DNA of 64,000 nucleotides. It comes from Octopus vulgaris (taxonomy: Eukaryota). The position numbers were made by a program, and so were the translations under genes. Under the pieces are notes generated by a model. It made no database searches, had not been told where the DNA came from, and was given only the letters and a program-made list of their open reading frames with translations. This document shows positions 1-14,300 of the stretch, in pieces; position 1 is the first letter of the stretch, and every line of letters begins with the position of its first letter. Location of the stretch: the NCBI GenBank assembly GCA_951406725.2, contig OX597838.1, positions 41,974,001-42,038,000 on the forward strand, written 5' to 3'.

Positions 1-2840
1 TTTTATTTTGTGTTTGTGTGAGAGTGAGTGAATGAGTTTGTGTTTCCCTTGTCTTTATGTTGTAAATGATGTCCTTCCTGTTCGTGTGGATGTTATTTGT
101 TAGCAGTCCACTGTAGAAAACCTGTCCAGGATTCTTAACAGGATGTGTTGCATGATCTCTGTAAACAAAACACTCATTCCTATGGTGTCTGGACTGTTTG
201 TTGTTCAATAGACTGGGAAATAATCACCTACTTTGGAAACAAGAAGAGAATTGGCATCAGGAAGGGTCTCTGGCCATAGAAAATCTGCCCCAACTCAGAT
301 GGTTGGTATCAGGAAGGGCATCTGGCTGTGCAAAACTGCCTCAACTCGCTTCTTGTCTGACCTAAGCAAACATAGGGGAAAGTAGACATTGAAGAAATGA
401 AATTCTATCAATATTTTGCCATTCTCAGAGATTTACTTAATAAAATTCATGAAGTAGTTTAATGTCTCGGTTGGAACCATTTTCAATGCTTAATTTTATA
501 TTCTTTAGGTCTGTTAATGAAAAAAAAAAACCTATTTTTCCTGCTTAATGTTTTTTGTTTTTCCCAGGAACACAAAACAAATAATTTCATGAGGATTATT
601 AACAATCCCTGGGGGCAGGAAACCTCATTATTCCCTCCCATTCTATCTCATTTCTAGCACTTTTAGTATAAAAACTGGGAAGGTAAGATTTGATCTTTGA
701 GTCCAAATTTTGCAGCAGCTGTTTAAATTTTGCTTGTCCTTCTTTCAGTCCTAACTGGTAGCCACGAACCACACATCCTGGCACCATAATCAATGATTGA
801 CTGTGTTAAGACATTTGGAATCTAAAAATACTTTCCCTAACAATTGTTGCATTGGTCTTAACCTTTCCAACAGCTGCTGACAATGCATGTAGCAACAGCT
901 GATACATGTGTTTATACATGTATGTGTGTGTGTGTGTGTGTGTGCGCTGTAAGCAAACTAGTTGTCAAGGAGTTAAAAAAGAACAGAGGAAATAATGTAA
1001 ACGAGAATTGAGCCACTGCTGTGTGACTGGTTCACATCTTGTCCCTCAGTTCTGAATTATGACCTGTGGAATTTAATGTTTGCCATCCTGGTTCACCAAG
1101 CTGTTATATTCATTATGCAGAAACACAGTTTACCATTGTCAGCAGGAGGAGTAAAAGTGTATAATTAATATTTTATTAACTTACTATGGTGAGTTCAAAG
1201 ACAATCGTGTGTTTAACTCTAAAGATTAACTGAGATATTAGTAGTTGACTCCTGTATTTGTCCCTCTTTCATACTTCACCCTTCAACACCTGACACAGAG
1301 CCACGCCCCCGCCCCCCCCTCTCGAATACATTCCCACTCGGTTGAGCTTTTTTTTTCCTTTCTATTCTTTGTTTTGCAAGTTATGCAGTGACCTCACCAA
1401 TACTAGTATCATGAAGAAACGCTTCCAGTCCACTCTGTAAAGTGGTTGGTGTTAGGAACGGCATCCAGCTGAAACAAACACTGGAGCAATATTCCAACTT
1501 GTCAGATTCTGTCGAACCATTCAACCTGTGTCAGTATGAGAAAATGGACATTATGATGATGATGATGATGATGATGAGGATAATTAGATATTTCACTACA
1601 CCATTCCAGAATTTGGATTTTATTTGTAATATATTTAGGAAATGGCTAAGAGTTCCTTGTCTGAAGTCAGAAGGGCTAAACACCTTTTGATGAATGTTTC
1701 TGGTGCAGTGATTGATTGGTTATCACATTTTCATGAAGCAGGTAAACAGAGACAAGATGTCACACTTTTGCCAGAGTAGAACATTGTTGAAACATGGACT
1801 GACAGCCTCAATATTACCCGAGGCCCTCTCAACATGGCTCTCTGTTGGCAATTTACAAATGTGTATCTCAGTGGAAACTAAAAGAAGCCTGTTGTATATG
1901 TGTCTGTATATTTTTTGTTTACACTTGAACTCCGAGAGGCGTTGTTGTTGCTCAGCCAATGAATTAGTCCCTTGCTTTGAAGACATCTAAATTAAGGGAT
2001 CTCTTACTTGAAAAAATAAGTAAAGCTTTAGCAACAGGAGAAGTCATCTGGCTGCAAAACCTGCCTCAATAATAAATCTGTCTAACCCATGCTCGCATGG
2101 AAAAATAGACATAAGAAATAGACATGAAAGAAAGTTGAATTGTGTAAGCAATAGAAGTCCTTTCACTGCTCTGCTGGTTTTATTGTATAAAATTATCCTC
2201 CAGGTAATGACATAGATAAGTATTGATTAATTGATTGGTTGAAATATATAATTTCTTGAGGTGAAAATGTTATGTGGCTTGTAAATTATTCTCAACTTGC
2301 AACGATTAATAATAATAATAATAATAATAATTGTTTCTAAGGTAGCAAGCTGGCGGAATCATTAGTTTGAATTCCACCTAGGTTGACTTTGCGTTTCATC
2401 TTTTTGGGGTCAATAAAATAAGTACCTATTGAGTTCTGAAATTGCTGGCCTTGTGCCAAAATTTGAAATCAGTAATTGTTTCTGATTTAGGTGCAAAGTT
2501 TTGAGAGACTGTGTTAGTGGATGTCATCAACCCCAATACATTTGTGGGGTGGGGTTTATTCAACCTCGAAATGCTGAAAGTCAAAGTTGGCCTTGTAAAT
2601 ACTGGGGTTGATTTGTTCAATTAGAACCTTTCAAGGTGGTGCCCCAGCATGACCACAGTCCAAAACCTGAAACGGGTAAAAGATAAGAGAAAAAGCCCAA
2701 GTCTTCAGGAAACCAGAAATATCCTGTTTTCTTCAAGAGGTTTGATGGTTCTTTTGTCTGACAAACCGGAAGAATGTGTGTAATACTTGCTAACCTACTT
2801 GATCCAGATTTACAATGTCCTGTTGACTGCTCGAAGCATG

Positions 2841-2883
<43 letters not shown>

Positions 2884-2992
2884 TGCTCTTCAGATGTTGC
2901 TTTGTGCGTTAACTCGAGACAGACAGGGAGACAAAGAGAGCAGCTTTCATTTGTATTTGATGGGGCTGGGGAAATGATTTTGATGATATCAC

Positions 2993-3385
2993 ATCATCAT
3001 CATTGATTTTACATCTACATTTCCATGCTTGAATGGGTCGGATAGGTTTTCTGCAGCTGAATGCTCTTCCTGTTGCCAACCTTTATCTGTTTTCAAGCAA
3101 AGTAATATTTCCATCTTGTTAGACATGTTTTCATGGAGGATTGGAAACAAACGACACCACTTGTATGGTGCTCATCATTTATGACTATTACACAATGTCC
3201 AGACAAAACGACATAAACAAACACACACACACTCGATGAACTTCCTTCAGTTTTTGTCTACAAAATCCACTGATAAGGTTTTGGCCAGCCCAGGGCTGTA
3301 GTAGAAGACAATTGGTCTTGGTACCAGACAGTGTGATTGAACCTGAAGTCATAGGATTGGGAAGAAGACTTCTTCACCACATAGC
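2993..3385 (-). mobile_element. SINE family A head with alternative (GAT)n-ending tail (variant A2), diverged
   Basis: Reverse complement aligns by eye to the copies at 6468-6854 and 62120-62510. Confidence 0.65.
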
Positions 3386-4127
3386 TAATATACCACCATC
3401 ATCTCCACACACACCCAGTAGGCTTCCATGCAGTTTCCATCTCCCAAACTTACCCCTAAAACTTTATCTCAAGGCTATAGTAGAAGACTCTTGCTGAAAG
3501 CACCATGCAGTGGGATTGAACCCCAAGCCATTCCTCCACCACAATGATTCCATCCTTGCCTCTCCTCCCATGCTGTTGCATCCTTCTACTTACAGTGACC
3601 TCTACTGAACCATCAAGCCTCCTCCTCCTCTCTCCCCTTCCTCAAAACACTCAATGATGGCATCAATTCTTCTTCTGTCCTTTCTGACTCATCTTGTGTC
3701 TCATTCCCAACACTCATTATTTAAACATTTTTAACTCCTCAGTTTTTATTCTCCTTCCTGTCTGTCTCTCTGCTAATCTGCAATTCAAATGAAACATTAA
3801 CCACAGTAAACTTCACCCAGCCTTTGCTGATGTCACAAAACTAAAAATAATAGTAATAATAATAATAATAATTTCTTTTATTGATGAGGGTGAAGGTTTC
3901 AAATTTTGGCACAAGGCCAACAGTTTTAAGGGAAAGGATAAGTCAAATACATTGACCCCAGTGTTTAACCGGGACTAATTTTATTGACCCTGAAAAGATT
4001 AAAAGCAAATTTGACCTCAGAAGAATTTGAACCCAGAATGTTAAAGAACCAGAAGAAATGCAATGAAACATTTTGTTCAGTTCCCTAAAGATTCTACCAG
4101 GCCACTACCTTAATAATAATAACCCTA

Positions 4128-4328
4128 CAATAGGCACAAGGCTTGCAATTTGTGGGAAGGGAGAAGTCAATTCCATCAATCCCCAGTACTCCACTGGTAC
4201 TTATTTAATCGACCCCGAAAGGATGAAGGGTAAAGTTGACCTTGGTGGAATTTGAACTCAGAACATAGTGGTAGACAAAATACCGTTAAGCATTTCGCCC
4301 AGCATGCTAATGATTCTACCAGCTCACC
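4128..4328 (-). mobile_element. SINE family B (tRNA-derived, central gtcaactttacccttcatcctttcggggtcgat domain)
   Basis: Homologous to 22340-22530 and 36582-36782; B-box gagttcaaattcc; (TTA)n tail. The central block resembles, from memory, the MetaSINE-type conserved domain (unverified). Confidence 0.75.
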
Positions 4329-4524
4329 AGTAATTAGATATATTTTACTTCAGAGATAAAATATATTTGTGTGTCCATTATATGTTGATGTGAGAATTCC
4401 TGACCCAGTAAAATATACATAAAATCTATATACACCTGAAGATGTTTACCTCTTTGAGCAACTAAAAATGCTGGGACACATTTTCTTTTTGGAAGAAGTA
4501 AAAAAAAACAAACAAAAAAAACTG

Positions 4525-4948
4525 GTGCTGGCATGGCTGTGTTGGTTAAGAAGCTTGCTTTGGCACCATGTGGTTCCAGGTTCAGTCCCACTCTGCAGCA
4601 CCTTGGGCAAGTGTTTTTTGCTGTAGCTCCAGGCTGACCAATGCCTTGTTAGTGGATTCAGTAGATGGAAGCTAAAAAGAAAGCTGTTTTTTCATTTTTT
4701 TTCTTCTTTTTTTCTTGTGTGTGGGTCTGTTTGTGTCTACCTTTGTCTAGACTTCACGTGATGTTTGTAAAGGTGCATCATCATTGTATTGGTGCGATTG
4801 TTTCGGGTCTTTGAGAAACATGTGCAAGTGTGGGAAACTTATTTTATTTGGAACCAAGTGACTGAAAAGGGCTCTGGCTGTGGAAAAATTTACTTCAATT
4901 TCGTCTGACCCATGCAAACCTGCAAAAGTGGGCATTTATGATGATGAT
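4525..4948 (+). mobile_element. SINE family A, variant A2
   Basis: tggctgtgttggtt A-box, ggttcagtccc B-box, cttgggcaagtg core, tail ending gacccatgcaa...atgatgat. Confidence 0.75.
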
Positions 4949-4984
4949 AAAAGCTGTCAATATTATTATTATTATCTTCTAGAA

Positions 4985-5414
4985 AGAGTATGATCGTTAC
5001 CAGCATCGCCTTACTGGCACTTATGCCTGTGCTTGTAGGGTGCCAAGAGCACCATCCGAGCGTGATCGTTGCCAGAGCAGCCAACTGGCTTCCGTACCCG
5101 TGGCATGTAAAAGGGCACCATTCGAGTGTGATCATTACCAACGTCGCTTCACTGGCACCTGTGCTGGTGGCACGTGTAAAAAGATTCGAGCGAGGTCACT
5201 GCCAGTACCGCCTGACTGGCTCCCGTGCAGGTGGCACGTAAAAAGCACCCACTACACCTTCCGGAGTGGTTGGCGTTAGGAAGGGCATCCAGCTGTAGAA
5301 ACTCTGCCAGATCAAAACTGGAGCCTGGTGCAGCCATCTGGTTTGCCAATCCTCAGTCAAAACCGTCCAACCCATGCTAGCATGGAAAACGGACGTTAAA
5401 CGATGATGATGATG
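4985..5414 (+). mobile_element. 3' end of RTE-type retroelement with ~4 diverged ~60-bp tandem units and (GAT)n tail
   Basis: Ends gttaggaagggcatccagctgtagaaac...aacccatgctagcatggaaaacggacgttaaacgatgatgatgat. The same tail follows RTE coding sequence at 50215-50580. CpGs are retained, suggesting a young copy. Confidence 0.7.
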
Positions 5415-5554
5415 AATGGTTCCTTTCTGAGAGACTAATCCCCTTCTCTCTCTCTCCCGTCCCCATCTTCCCCATCTGCAGTCTATATTATGACTCGTTT
5501 CTGAAAGGTGTACCTCTGAGCCTGACTGCTAAGCCAGCCATGTGGCTTAGTGCT

Positions 5555-5800
5555 TTCAGTGGATTCGGCTCACTATCATATGGTCATGAGTTCAATTCCC
5601 GGCAGTGCGTTGTGTCCTTGAGCAAGACACTTTATTTCACTTTATTACTCCAGTCCACTCAGCTGGCAAAAATGAGTTGTACCTGTAATTCACTGGTGTA
5701 CCAGTCTGGCATGCTCAACCACTTGCACATTCATTGAACAAGCTGACAGTTTGGTTGATCTGATCAACTGGAATACTCATCGTTGTAACTGACAGATTGC
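5555..5800 (+). mobile_element. tRNA-derived SINE with CORE-like block (family C)
   Basis: tggcttagtg A-box, gagttcaattcc B-box, tgtgtccttgagcaagacactt CORE-like motif. Confidence 0.65.
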
Positions 5801-5831
5801 TCAAACAAACACACACTCTCACACTCTCACA

Positions 5832-5881
<50 letters not shown>

Positions 5882-6467
5882 TGCCTCATGGCTGCTTATG
5901 TCTCTCATCTTAATATCAACAACAAAGACATTTCTCGTTATTCTTTAAAATCGCTTTGTTCTAATCTTCTGAATCTCATTTGCCGTCTTTCCACCAACCA
6001 ACCAACCAACCACTTCACTTGATCCTCTTCAGCTGTCATTGACGAACGTCTCCCTCAACTCTACTTTCCTTCTCAAGCCATCATCCTTAGCATCTCTGAT
6101 GCACACAACATTTTTTCGCTGCACGAGTCAAATGATTTTTCTATTCTGAACCGTTTGACCCTGTTACTACCCCTTCCACCCTCTCCCTGTCTCCTCTGTC
6201 TCACTGACACACAGACATCCTAAATATTCCTTTTTCTTTTATACTTCCAAACTCAACTTTAACCTTACACTTGCCCAAGGTGCTGCAGAGTGGGACTGAA
6301 CCGGGAACCACATGGTGGCAAAGCAAGCTCCACCCCACACTGCCACTGGATCACCTGACCATTCTTTAATCAACACATCCCACCCACTTATCATAACCAA
6401 CGCCTGTCAGTTAACTCCAATAGACTTCTAATAGTTTTTGCCAAATACTGGATTCTTGTAAGATGAT

Positions 6468-6854
6468 GCAGGCATGGCCCTGTGGTTAGGAAATTTGGTT
6501 CTCAATCATCTGGTTTTGGGTTCAGTCCCACTGTGTGGCACCTTGGGCAAGTGTCTTCCAGTATAATCCTGGATTGATCAGTCTTTTGGCTGGACTTGAC
6601 AGACAGAATCTGGAAGCTCATTACACACACACACACACACACACACGTGTGTGTGTTTAGGCAAACATCACTGTCATACAAGCAGTGTAATTAATTTCTG
6701 TTGTTCCATGAAAACGTGTCTGGCCAAGGGGAAATATTGTGTTGCCTAGAAACCGGTGAAGGTTTCTGACAGGAAGGGCATCTGGTGATAGGAAATCAGC
6801 TTCAATAGATTCTGTTTGACCCATGCAAGTGGGCATTAAAAAGATGATGATGAT
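6468..6854 (+). mobile_element. SINE family A, variant A2
   Basis: Family A head, internal CA/GT microsatellite, gacaggaagggcatc...gacccatgcaag...gatgatgatgat tail. Confidence 0.8.
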
Positions 6855-7744
6855 TAAATGAGTGACAAAAACCAACCTTCTGGGTTGTGTCTGTTTTCCA
6901 CATCTTTTCTGCAATCGAAGCCCTCAAGCTTGACGCTTACAAACAGCTGCTGACCAATTGTACACGCAAAGAAAACTGCCTGCACCAGCAACAGACAAGA
7001 TGTCTACTTGTCAGTGCATGGTAAGCATCATGAAACTGAATGATGTTTGCATCCATTGAGGATGGAGGCAGGAGGTCCCAAAGATTTTCAGTGTCAACAG
7101 CCCCTCACTGACTTTAAAAAAAAACAAAAAAAGAAAACCACTGTTTCTGCTGCTGTTGTACTTCCTATAAAACGATAATCTCTAAGTTTAGTGAAAGGAA
7201 TTTGAAAGAAGATTTACTCTGTGTGTGTGTGTGTGTTGATAAAAATAATCTATTTATCAGCAATAACCCATTTTATTGAATAATAAAAATGTTGAATAGT
7301 AGTCGAAAAGTCATTGAACATCTTGTGTTTTTTATCAGTGATAAAATGCAATACAAAGACCGCTTCAAATGTTGACATTGTTCATTATTAGAAATCAAAG
7401 TAAGATAATTTATTTTAGTGTCCTAAAGTAATATTAACAGTTATAAAGTCTATTCTAGAAAAAGCTTTTCCCCTTTATTTCCTAACCATGTCAAGTGTTT
7501 AGTAGTTGACACATTGGTAGATTGTACTTTTTCTCTGATAAAAATTGATAACTGAGTTTGTGTGAATAGCAAAAGGCCATTTTAACATTTGGTCTTCTAA
7601 ACTCTAAAAATTTAATGGTAGAAATGTAAAAGTTTACAAATTTATAAAACAAATGCCTGCACAAACCTACTAAGCTTTCACAGACTTTTAATTATATGCA
7701 TATGATGATGATGATGATGATGTCAATAATGTTGTACCTGATTA

Positions 7745-8285
7745 TGATGGCAGTTCTTCATGTCCAAAGGGAAAGCAGCAAGCCCTTAAATGGTTCTGTA
7801 AACCAGCCCTTGAATAGCTGGATCTTATGCACTTGGGGCAGATATATAGGCTTTGGTGACAGGGGGATTGTGATGGTGACTCCTCCCTTCTGCTTCTGTT
7901 GCTTTGGCCTTCTCAAAATTGCTTGCTGCAGTCTGGATGCAATCTCACCACACCTCTCTTTGTTCTGAAACTCCTTCCCACCCTGTGGGGTGGTGTCTAT
8001 CCTTGTCTGGGTGAGCTGGCATTTCAGCAGGTTTCTGAAATGCTTCTGGAGATGCTCCTCTGTCTCTTTTGCCCCGGCTGAGCTCCCTATAGAATACAGC
8101 ATTCTGGATTTGTCCACATGTGAGATGTGGCCTGCCCATTTGTGGTGTCTGAGCAGCAAGCATGGTTTCAGTGCTCAGGACATTGGCCTGCTGCAGGACT
8201 TTGTTGTTAGTGATGTACGCATTCCACAAGGTGTCCACAATGGAGTGAAAGCACCTCTGGTGGAAGTGTTCCTGCAACTTGACCA
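7745..8285 (-). mobile_element. Decayed RTE (BovB-like) LINE, ORF2 C-terminus
   Basis: Frameshifted translations HFHQRCFHSIVDTLWNAYITNNKVLQQA / KWAGHISHV / YRELSRGKRDRGA / YICPKCIRSSYSRAGLQNHLRAC match RTE ORF2 C-terminal motifs, including a terminal Zn-finger-like CxxC..H motif. Confidence 0.85.
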
Positions 8286-8639
8286 GCATGTATTTAAATG
8301 CATATAAATACACATTAATAAACATACATTCATGTTACGAAAGCATGCTTTCACTTAAAATAATTCCCAAGTCTTCAAACACATTCTGCTCATTTCCCAC
8401 ACCTGCAAATATCAGAGTACTTAATATTGAAGCACCATTGTTCATTCAATACATTTACTTACAGAAATACTCTCTCTCATATTCACATGCCCTCATTTAA
8501 AATTGCATAAACATACGAACACAAATGTGACATTGAAGTCAGACACAGTCCTCTAGCTTGTTAGATCCTGTTGAACTGGCCAATCCATGCCAGCATGGAA
8601 GATGGAAATTCAATGATGATATTGACTAAGTGTGGCAAC

Positions 8640-9130
8640 GTGTCCTCTGAAAGTATAGTAGTGAGAGTAAGAAAGAACTGGAGAAAGTTCTGGTAACAAA
8701 TGGTTTCTCTTTCAGGAAGGAGGGGGCAGATTATATGAGGTTTGTGTAGAAAGTGCAATGCTCTGTGGTAATGAACTGTAGGCCTTGATTGCAGAGGATT
8801 TGTAAAGACTAAAAAGAAATGAAGTGGGTTTGCTCTGCTGGTTGCATAAATGTTAGTGTTCTTGAATGACTGAACATTGGAATTTAATGTGGAATGTCAG
8901 GGAAAAGATGGCAGCAGTTGAGGTGTGTGATCTGTGTGGAAGATGGCATCTGTATAAAGGAATGTGGAGCACATGGAGCAGAAGGAAACCTTAGAAGACC
9001 TGGAGCAAAGTGCTGGAGACTGATCTCGTGATTTTCAGCCACATGAAAAAAGTGATAAAGGACTCTGATGACTAGCAACATGTGGTACTGGAAAAAGCTC
9101 TATCCATTCGTGTAGGCATTATGGAACAAG
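8640..9130 (+). mobile_element. Decayed RTE LINE fragment
   Basis: LYEVCVESAMLCGNEL*ALIAEDL*RLKRNE resembles RTE LY.ACV..AML.GSETW.....RLERNE; a KTW motif follows downstream. Confidence 0.7.
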
Positions 9131-9263
9131 CATTAACCCTTTTATGCCCTTAAGAAAATGGAATCTTAAAATTTCACTGTATTTTGATTAAATGTTATGG
9201 AAAGCTTTCACAATCTGGAAGAGAAGGACAATATGCAACCGTTAGCTATGGGTGTCGACTATC

Positions 9264-9668
9264 TCTCTTTTACTCTTTTACTTGTTTCAGTCATTTGACT
9301 GTGGCCGTGCTGGAGCACCACCTTTCAGTCAAGCAAATTGACCCCAGGACTTATTCTTTGTAAGCTTAGTACTTATTCTATCAGTCTCTTTTGCTGAACC
9401 GCTAAGTTACGGGGATGTAAACACACCAGCATTGGTTGTCAAGCGATGTTGAGGGGACGAACACAGACACACAAACACATATATATATATATATATACAT
9501 ATACATATCTACAATGGGCTTCTTTCAGTTTCTGTCTACCAGATCCACTCAAGGCTTTGGTTGGCTCGAGGCTATAGTAGAAGACACTTGCCCAAGGTGC
9601 CACGCAGTGGGACTGAACCCAGAACCATGTGGTTGGTAAGCAAGCTACTTACCACACAGCTACTCCTG
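9264..9668 (-). mobile_element. SINE family A, full length (~400 bp)
   Basis: Near-identical to 31287-31691; tRNA-like A/B boxes on minus strand, internal (CA)/(TA) tract, gactgaaacaagtaaaagagt tail. Confidence 0.9.
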
Positions 9669-11271
9669 AATATTTTATGATATGCTCTGTCAGAAGCTTC
9701 CTGGTGAGTTCATGTCCAAACAAGTAGGAGCAGGTTTTGCATTGTGAAAATGCAACCAAGGGCTGTAGATGGGTTAAAATGATGAAAGTGATGGGGGCTG
9801 GCGTATTATGCTGCACATTGTACAGTTAGTGCACAAAAGGGGCAAAATGTGTGCCTATACTGCTTACAAGACGAAATGGAAGAGGGTTACATTAGCATGG
9901 ATGAGACAAAATTTGTACACAATCAAATGTTTGTAAGAAATTAGAGTGATAGTCGATAATCTGGGTGAGTTTTGGATCTCGTACTGTCATGTTTAAACTG
10001 CCATCTTCTGCTCTTTGATATCCACTCAGCTCTCTGCTTTTTGTCCCCTCTTCACTCTCCTTCCAGCCTCATGTCACTTCAGTAACCAGGGACAGCCCTG
10101 GAACCATCTGCATTCAATCTTCCCTGCTTCTGTTTCTATCTCTCTACTTCTCTCCTCAAGATGCCGGTGTACAGGGGACTGCATCAGATTTATTCAAAAT
10201 ACACGCAACATCCAGCACTTTCTGTGCTGCCACCTTTTTTGTTGTCTGAGTCTTTATTTGTCCTTTCGTCCACCTCCAACCTCACTTAACCTCACCCTTG
10301 CCACTTTCCTGCCGTGTCAGCTGACCTCGATCTTATAACAAACTATGACTATCCCCCCCTCTCCCTCTCCCACACTTCTTCCTATGTTATTTAAACCACC
10401 CCCCACCACACTACTCACACCACTGCATACTAGATTTTTTCCTCTTCTCTCTTCCTACATCAATCCCTGCATGTCGCTCCTTTAGATGGGTGTGTATAGG
10501 TTGTTGTATATGTGTATGTATTTATGTCTGTGTGTATATGCACACACACACATGCACATTGAAGTGTGTGAACACACACACACGGACATGCAAAATTCTC
10601 TTGAAAGCTTTTTAGGTGGAAATGACATTAATTTGTTTTAGCCAATGCATTGGGAGGAGGGATGGAAGTCTGCACAGAACATAAATAACTTTAATTATAT
10701 TAATATATATTATGTTGGTGTGTCTGTAAAAGAGGGGACATAGACAGCTCCTGAGGAAGATAGGGATTTTGGTAGGTCAGAAAGAATTTGAAATTCTTTT
10801 AAAGTATATATTTTATATTCCTTTAATTATTAAAGATTTCTTTATTTTGTTTTATTTTTATTCTTGTAATGCAATATTAATTTATCTAAGATTAAATTAA
10901 GTATTAAAAATATGGAAATATTGATTGATATTTTGAGGAGTAGTGGAAACGGTGTCGTGCCGTTAAGAAGGTGAGCCATTTTGGAGGGACGAAGGATCAT
11001 TTAAATATTTCTGTAACTAAAACCTTATTGTCCTGTCTCTGCTTTTTTTAAAAAAAACTTCTGCCATACTCCCCCTTCCCCCATCACCACCACTGCCTTT
11101 CACTTCCATCTTTTACTTTCTACTGCTGTCAAGTAATAAATATATAACTCTGTGAATTGGAGACTGTCAACATTGGATCAGATGTCATACGGGGGGGGGG
11201 AGGTTTCCGTAGACAAATCTTTTTCTTTCTTTCTTTCTTTCTTTCTCCCCCTCCATGCGCCTTCCTCTGTT

Positions 11272-11305
<34 letters not shown>

Positions 11306-14300
11306 TCCCCTTACATGTATCCCTCTCTTCCTGTGTCTCTTTCTCACCCTCTACCTTGTCCGTAGTATCTATCTCGTCCTTTGCGCCAGTGTCTCTTTCT
11401 CTCCTTTCCTCCCCCTTCCTCTCTTCCTCTTTACCCCCCCCCTCTCTCCCTCATTAACTATTCTGTGTTCAGTGACTCTTATCTGTCTTTGGGTAAGACA
11501 GCCATTTCCTGCTCCATGAGAGTTTTTCTCTGCTGACAAATTACATCATTGTCACACACACACACACAGAAGAGGGAAAGAAAAAAGCAGGGAAGAGGAC
11601 GAACGATGTAGAATTTTCCCCACCACCGCTGCCACCACCACTTCGACTCTTTTCTGTTTTTTTCCTTTTTTAATTTATCTCCTTTGTTTTTTTTTTCCAT
11701 CCAATTTCTTCTTCAGCTTCCCTTACACAGTCTTGCCCCCCCCCCACTGCCCATGTTCTTTGCTGAAGTTATCCATTGTCAAAACTGTTGTCATCCTCTC
11801 TCTCTGATTCTAAACAGAAATAAAAAAAATAGAAAATATCAATTCTTTCATTTTTTTTTCTTTTTTCATGTTTTGTCATCGGATTGTTGCCATGCTGGAG
11901 CACCACTTTGAGAGGTTTAGCTGAATCCATCAACTCCCAGCACTTATTTTTCAAGTCTGGTACTTATTCTATCAGTCTCTTGTTATAAGGATATAAACAA
12001 ACCAACACTGGTTGTCAGGTGGTGGGAAGGACACACACACACACACACATAAATACAATGGGCTTCCATACAGACCCCATCTACCAAATTCACTCGCAAA
12101 GCATTGGTTGGTCTGGGGCTGTTGTAGAAAATGGTCAAGATTCTTGTGGCTCTACACAGCTAAATCAAACCAGGCTTTATAGGAATAATGATCTTGGAGG
12201 TCTCAAGGAACTTTCTAGATCAATAGATACGAAGGCTGTGAGGCCAATATAATTGATAATAAACCAATAAAGTATGTTATGGAAGTGAGGTAGTCTCTTC
12301 TCCATATTTAAACCCTAATTAATAGGTAAAGGAATTAAAAATGCTGGCTTCCCTTCCTCCCCCCCCCCGTTTGGGAGAAAATAAAAGGTTATCTAACCAT
12401 CTCTTTCTCTCGCCCCTTTCTATCCCTTGCTCTATCTCTCTCTTCCCCTTTCTATCCCTTGCTCTATCTCTCTCTTCCCCCTCCCCCTCCTTGCAATAGT
12501 TCCGTTATCCATTGATTCATCCAATGAGTGCCCTTGACAGCTATAATCGTTAATCAGAGGACCCAGTACAATTAAGTATGATGATCAATCTTTATTCAAG
12601 CCAGGCCCCATCACTGCAAGAGAAAGGAACCCTCATTCATTTCTATGCTGGCTGTTCCTCAGTTGGTGGTCGGAGGTTTTGAAGTAAGTTTTTTTTATTG
12701 GCAAATAGACAGACTGTGAGAAGGGCATAGCAAGGGGTGGGGACCACCCAGTACAGTCTACGAAGTGGTTTGCATTAGCCAAGGGCATGCCAGGCATAGA
12801 AACCTTTGCTGAAACAGACACTGTGGCACAATGCTGTTCTCTGGCCCTCTGGATTCTGTCAAACTGTCTGATTCACACCTGCATGGAATTTGATGATCAC
12901 ACACACACATGCACACACACATGCACACACACACATATGCACATGCATACACACATATATATATGTATGTGTGTATACAAACACACACACGCATACATGC
13001 ATGTGTATGTTTTTTGTCCCCCCACATCATTTGGCAAGTGGTGTTGGTTGGCTCCAGGTCCTGTAATTCAGTGCTTCTTCTACAAAAGAAACCCTGTGAA
13101 ATAAGTACTGGGTTTGATTTGTTTGAGTGAAGTTAAAGTAGTACTCCAGCATGGCCACAATCCACTGACTGAAACAACTAAAAGAACACACACACACACA
13201 CACACGAGAGCTGATTAGGATAACATGCAAATAAAAAGCACTCACTGTTGTAGTTTCTTTGGAAATGTTCTGTAAAGTTGCTAAACTTGTTAATGTATTG
13301 AGTTACCAATATCATTGTTCCACATCAAGATCTCGTTCCAGAAACTAAGATTTTAAATTCTGTAACAAAGGAGTTGGAAAGAAAGAATATAACTGGAATG
13401 ATTTTGGTCCACGTTTGTTAGGTTCAACAACCGCAATCATTCCTTATCTTCAGTTTTTCGTTTTTAATTCCAATTCCTCACATTGGCTCATATTTGCAAG
13501 AGAAAGAAGTGGCAATAAGCTTTGCAAAGAATTGCAGTTGGGACAAAATGGGTCACTGCATGGGAGCACTTGCTGGACATTCTCAATAAGATCCAGGAAG
13601 TCCTCAAAGATCCAGCTTGGCATTATGATTTGTCTGGTCCGTCTCCTGGCCATTTCTCAATCTCTTGTCTTCTCCATTACTCTGACTCCAATCTGATCAC
13701 AACCACAAGTAACTATTGCCTCTGCACCTCTGCACTGCAGGGCCTTCGTCCCTGTCTCACTTTCTGTGGATCCTTCCATCATTACCTTTACTTCTAAACC
13801 CTTTTTTCTGTGTATGGTTTGATTTGTTTGTATTTTTACCTTATATAAAGCCTCTTCTAGCCATCTATGTATGCTTAAGTCTATATATTGCATTCAGTTT
13901 GTGCATACACGATATATGCAATGCTTATAAGCCAATGTGTTTTTGTTTTTTACTGGTCTATAATTTCTAATCCTTGCTCTTCTTGCTCCCATTCATTTCT
14001 CTCTCTTTCTCCCCCCTCTTTCTCAGAACGTTTTCTTTCACAGTTCTGACCGATCCTCATTTCTTTACATTCCTAACAACCTATTTCGTAGTTCTGACCA
14101 CTCCTTGCTGACCTCAATTCTCGGCCTGCTCCTTCCCTTCCCACACCCATCTTGTTTGTGTTTACATCTGTGTTATTTTTGTATGCGTATTGCGTCCATC
14201 CACACTCTTTGGCCTACATTCTCACTTAATCGTCTGCCTTACCTGACAACCCGTGTGTGTGTGTGTGTGTGTGTGTGTGAATATATGTTCACACATGATT

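Noticed and set aside
13400-13700. Possible Tc1/mariner or LINE remnant (WSVSWPFLNLL on plus; DLIENVQ on minus)
   Set aside because: Similarities are short, need several frameshifts and point to conflicting families.
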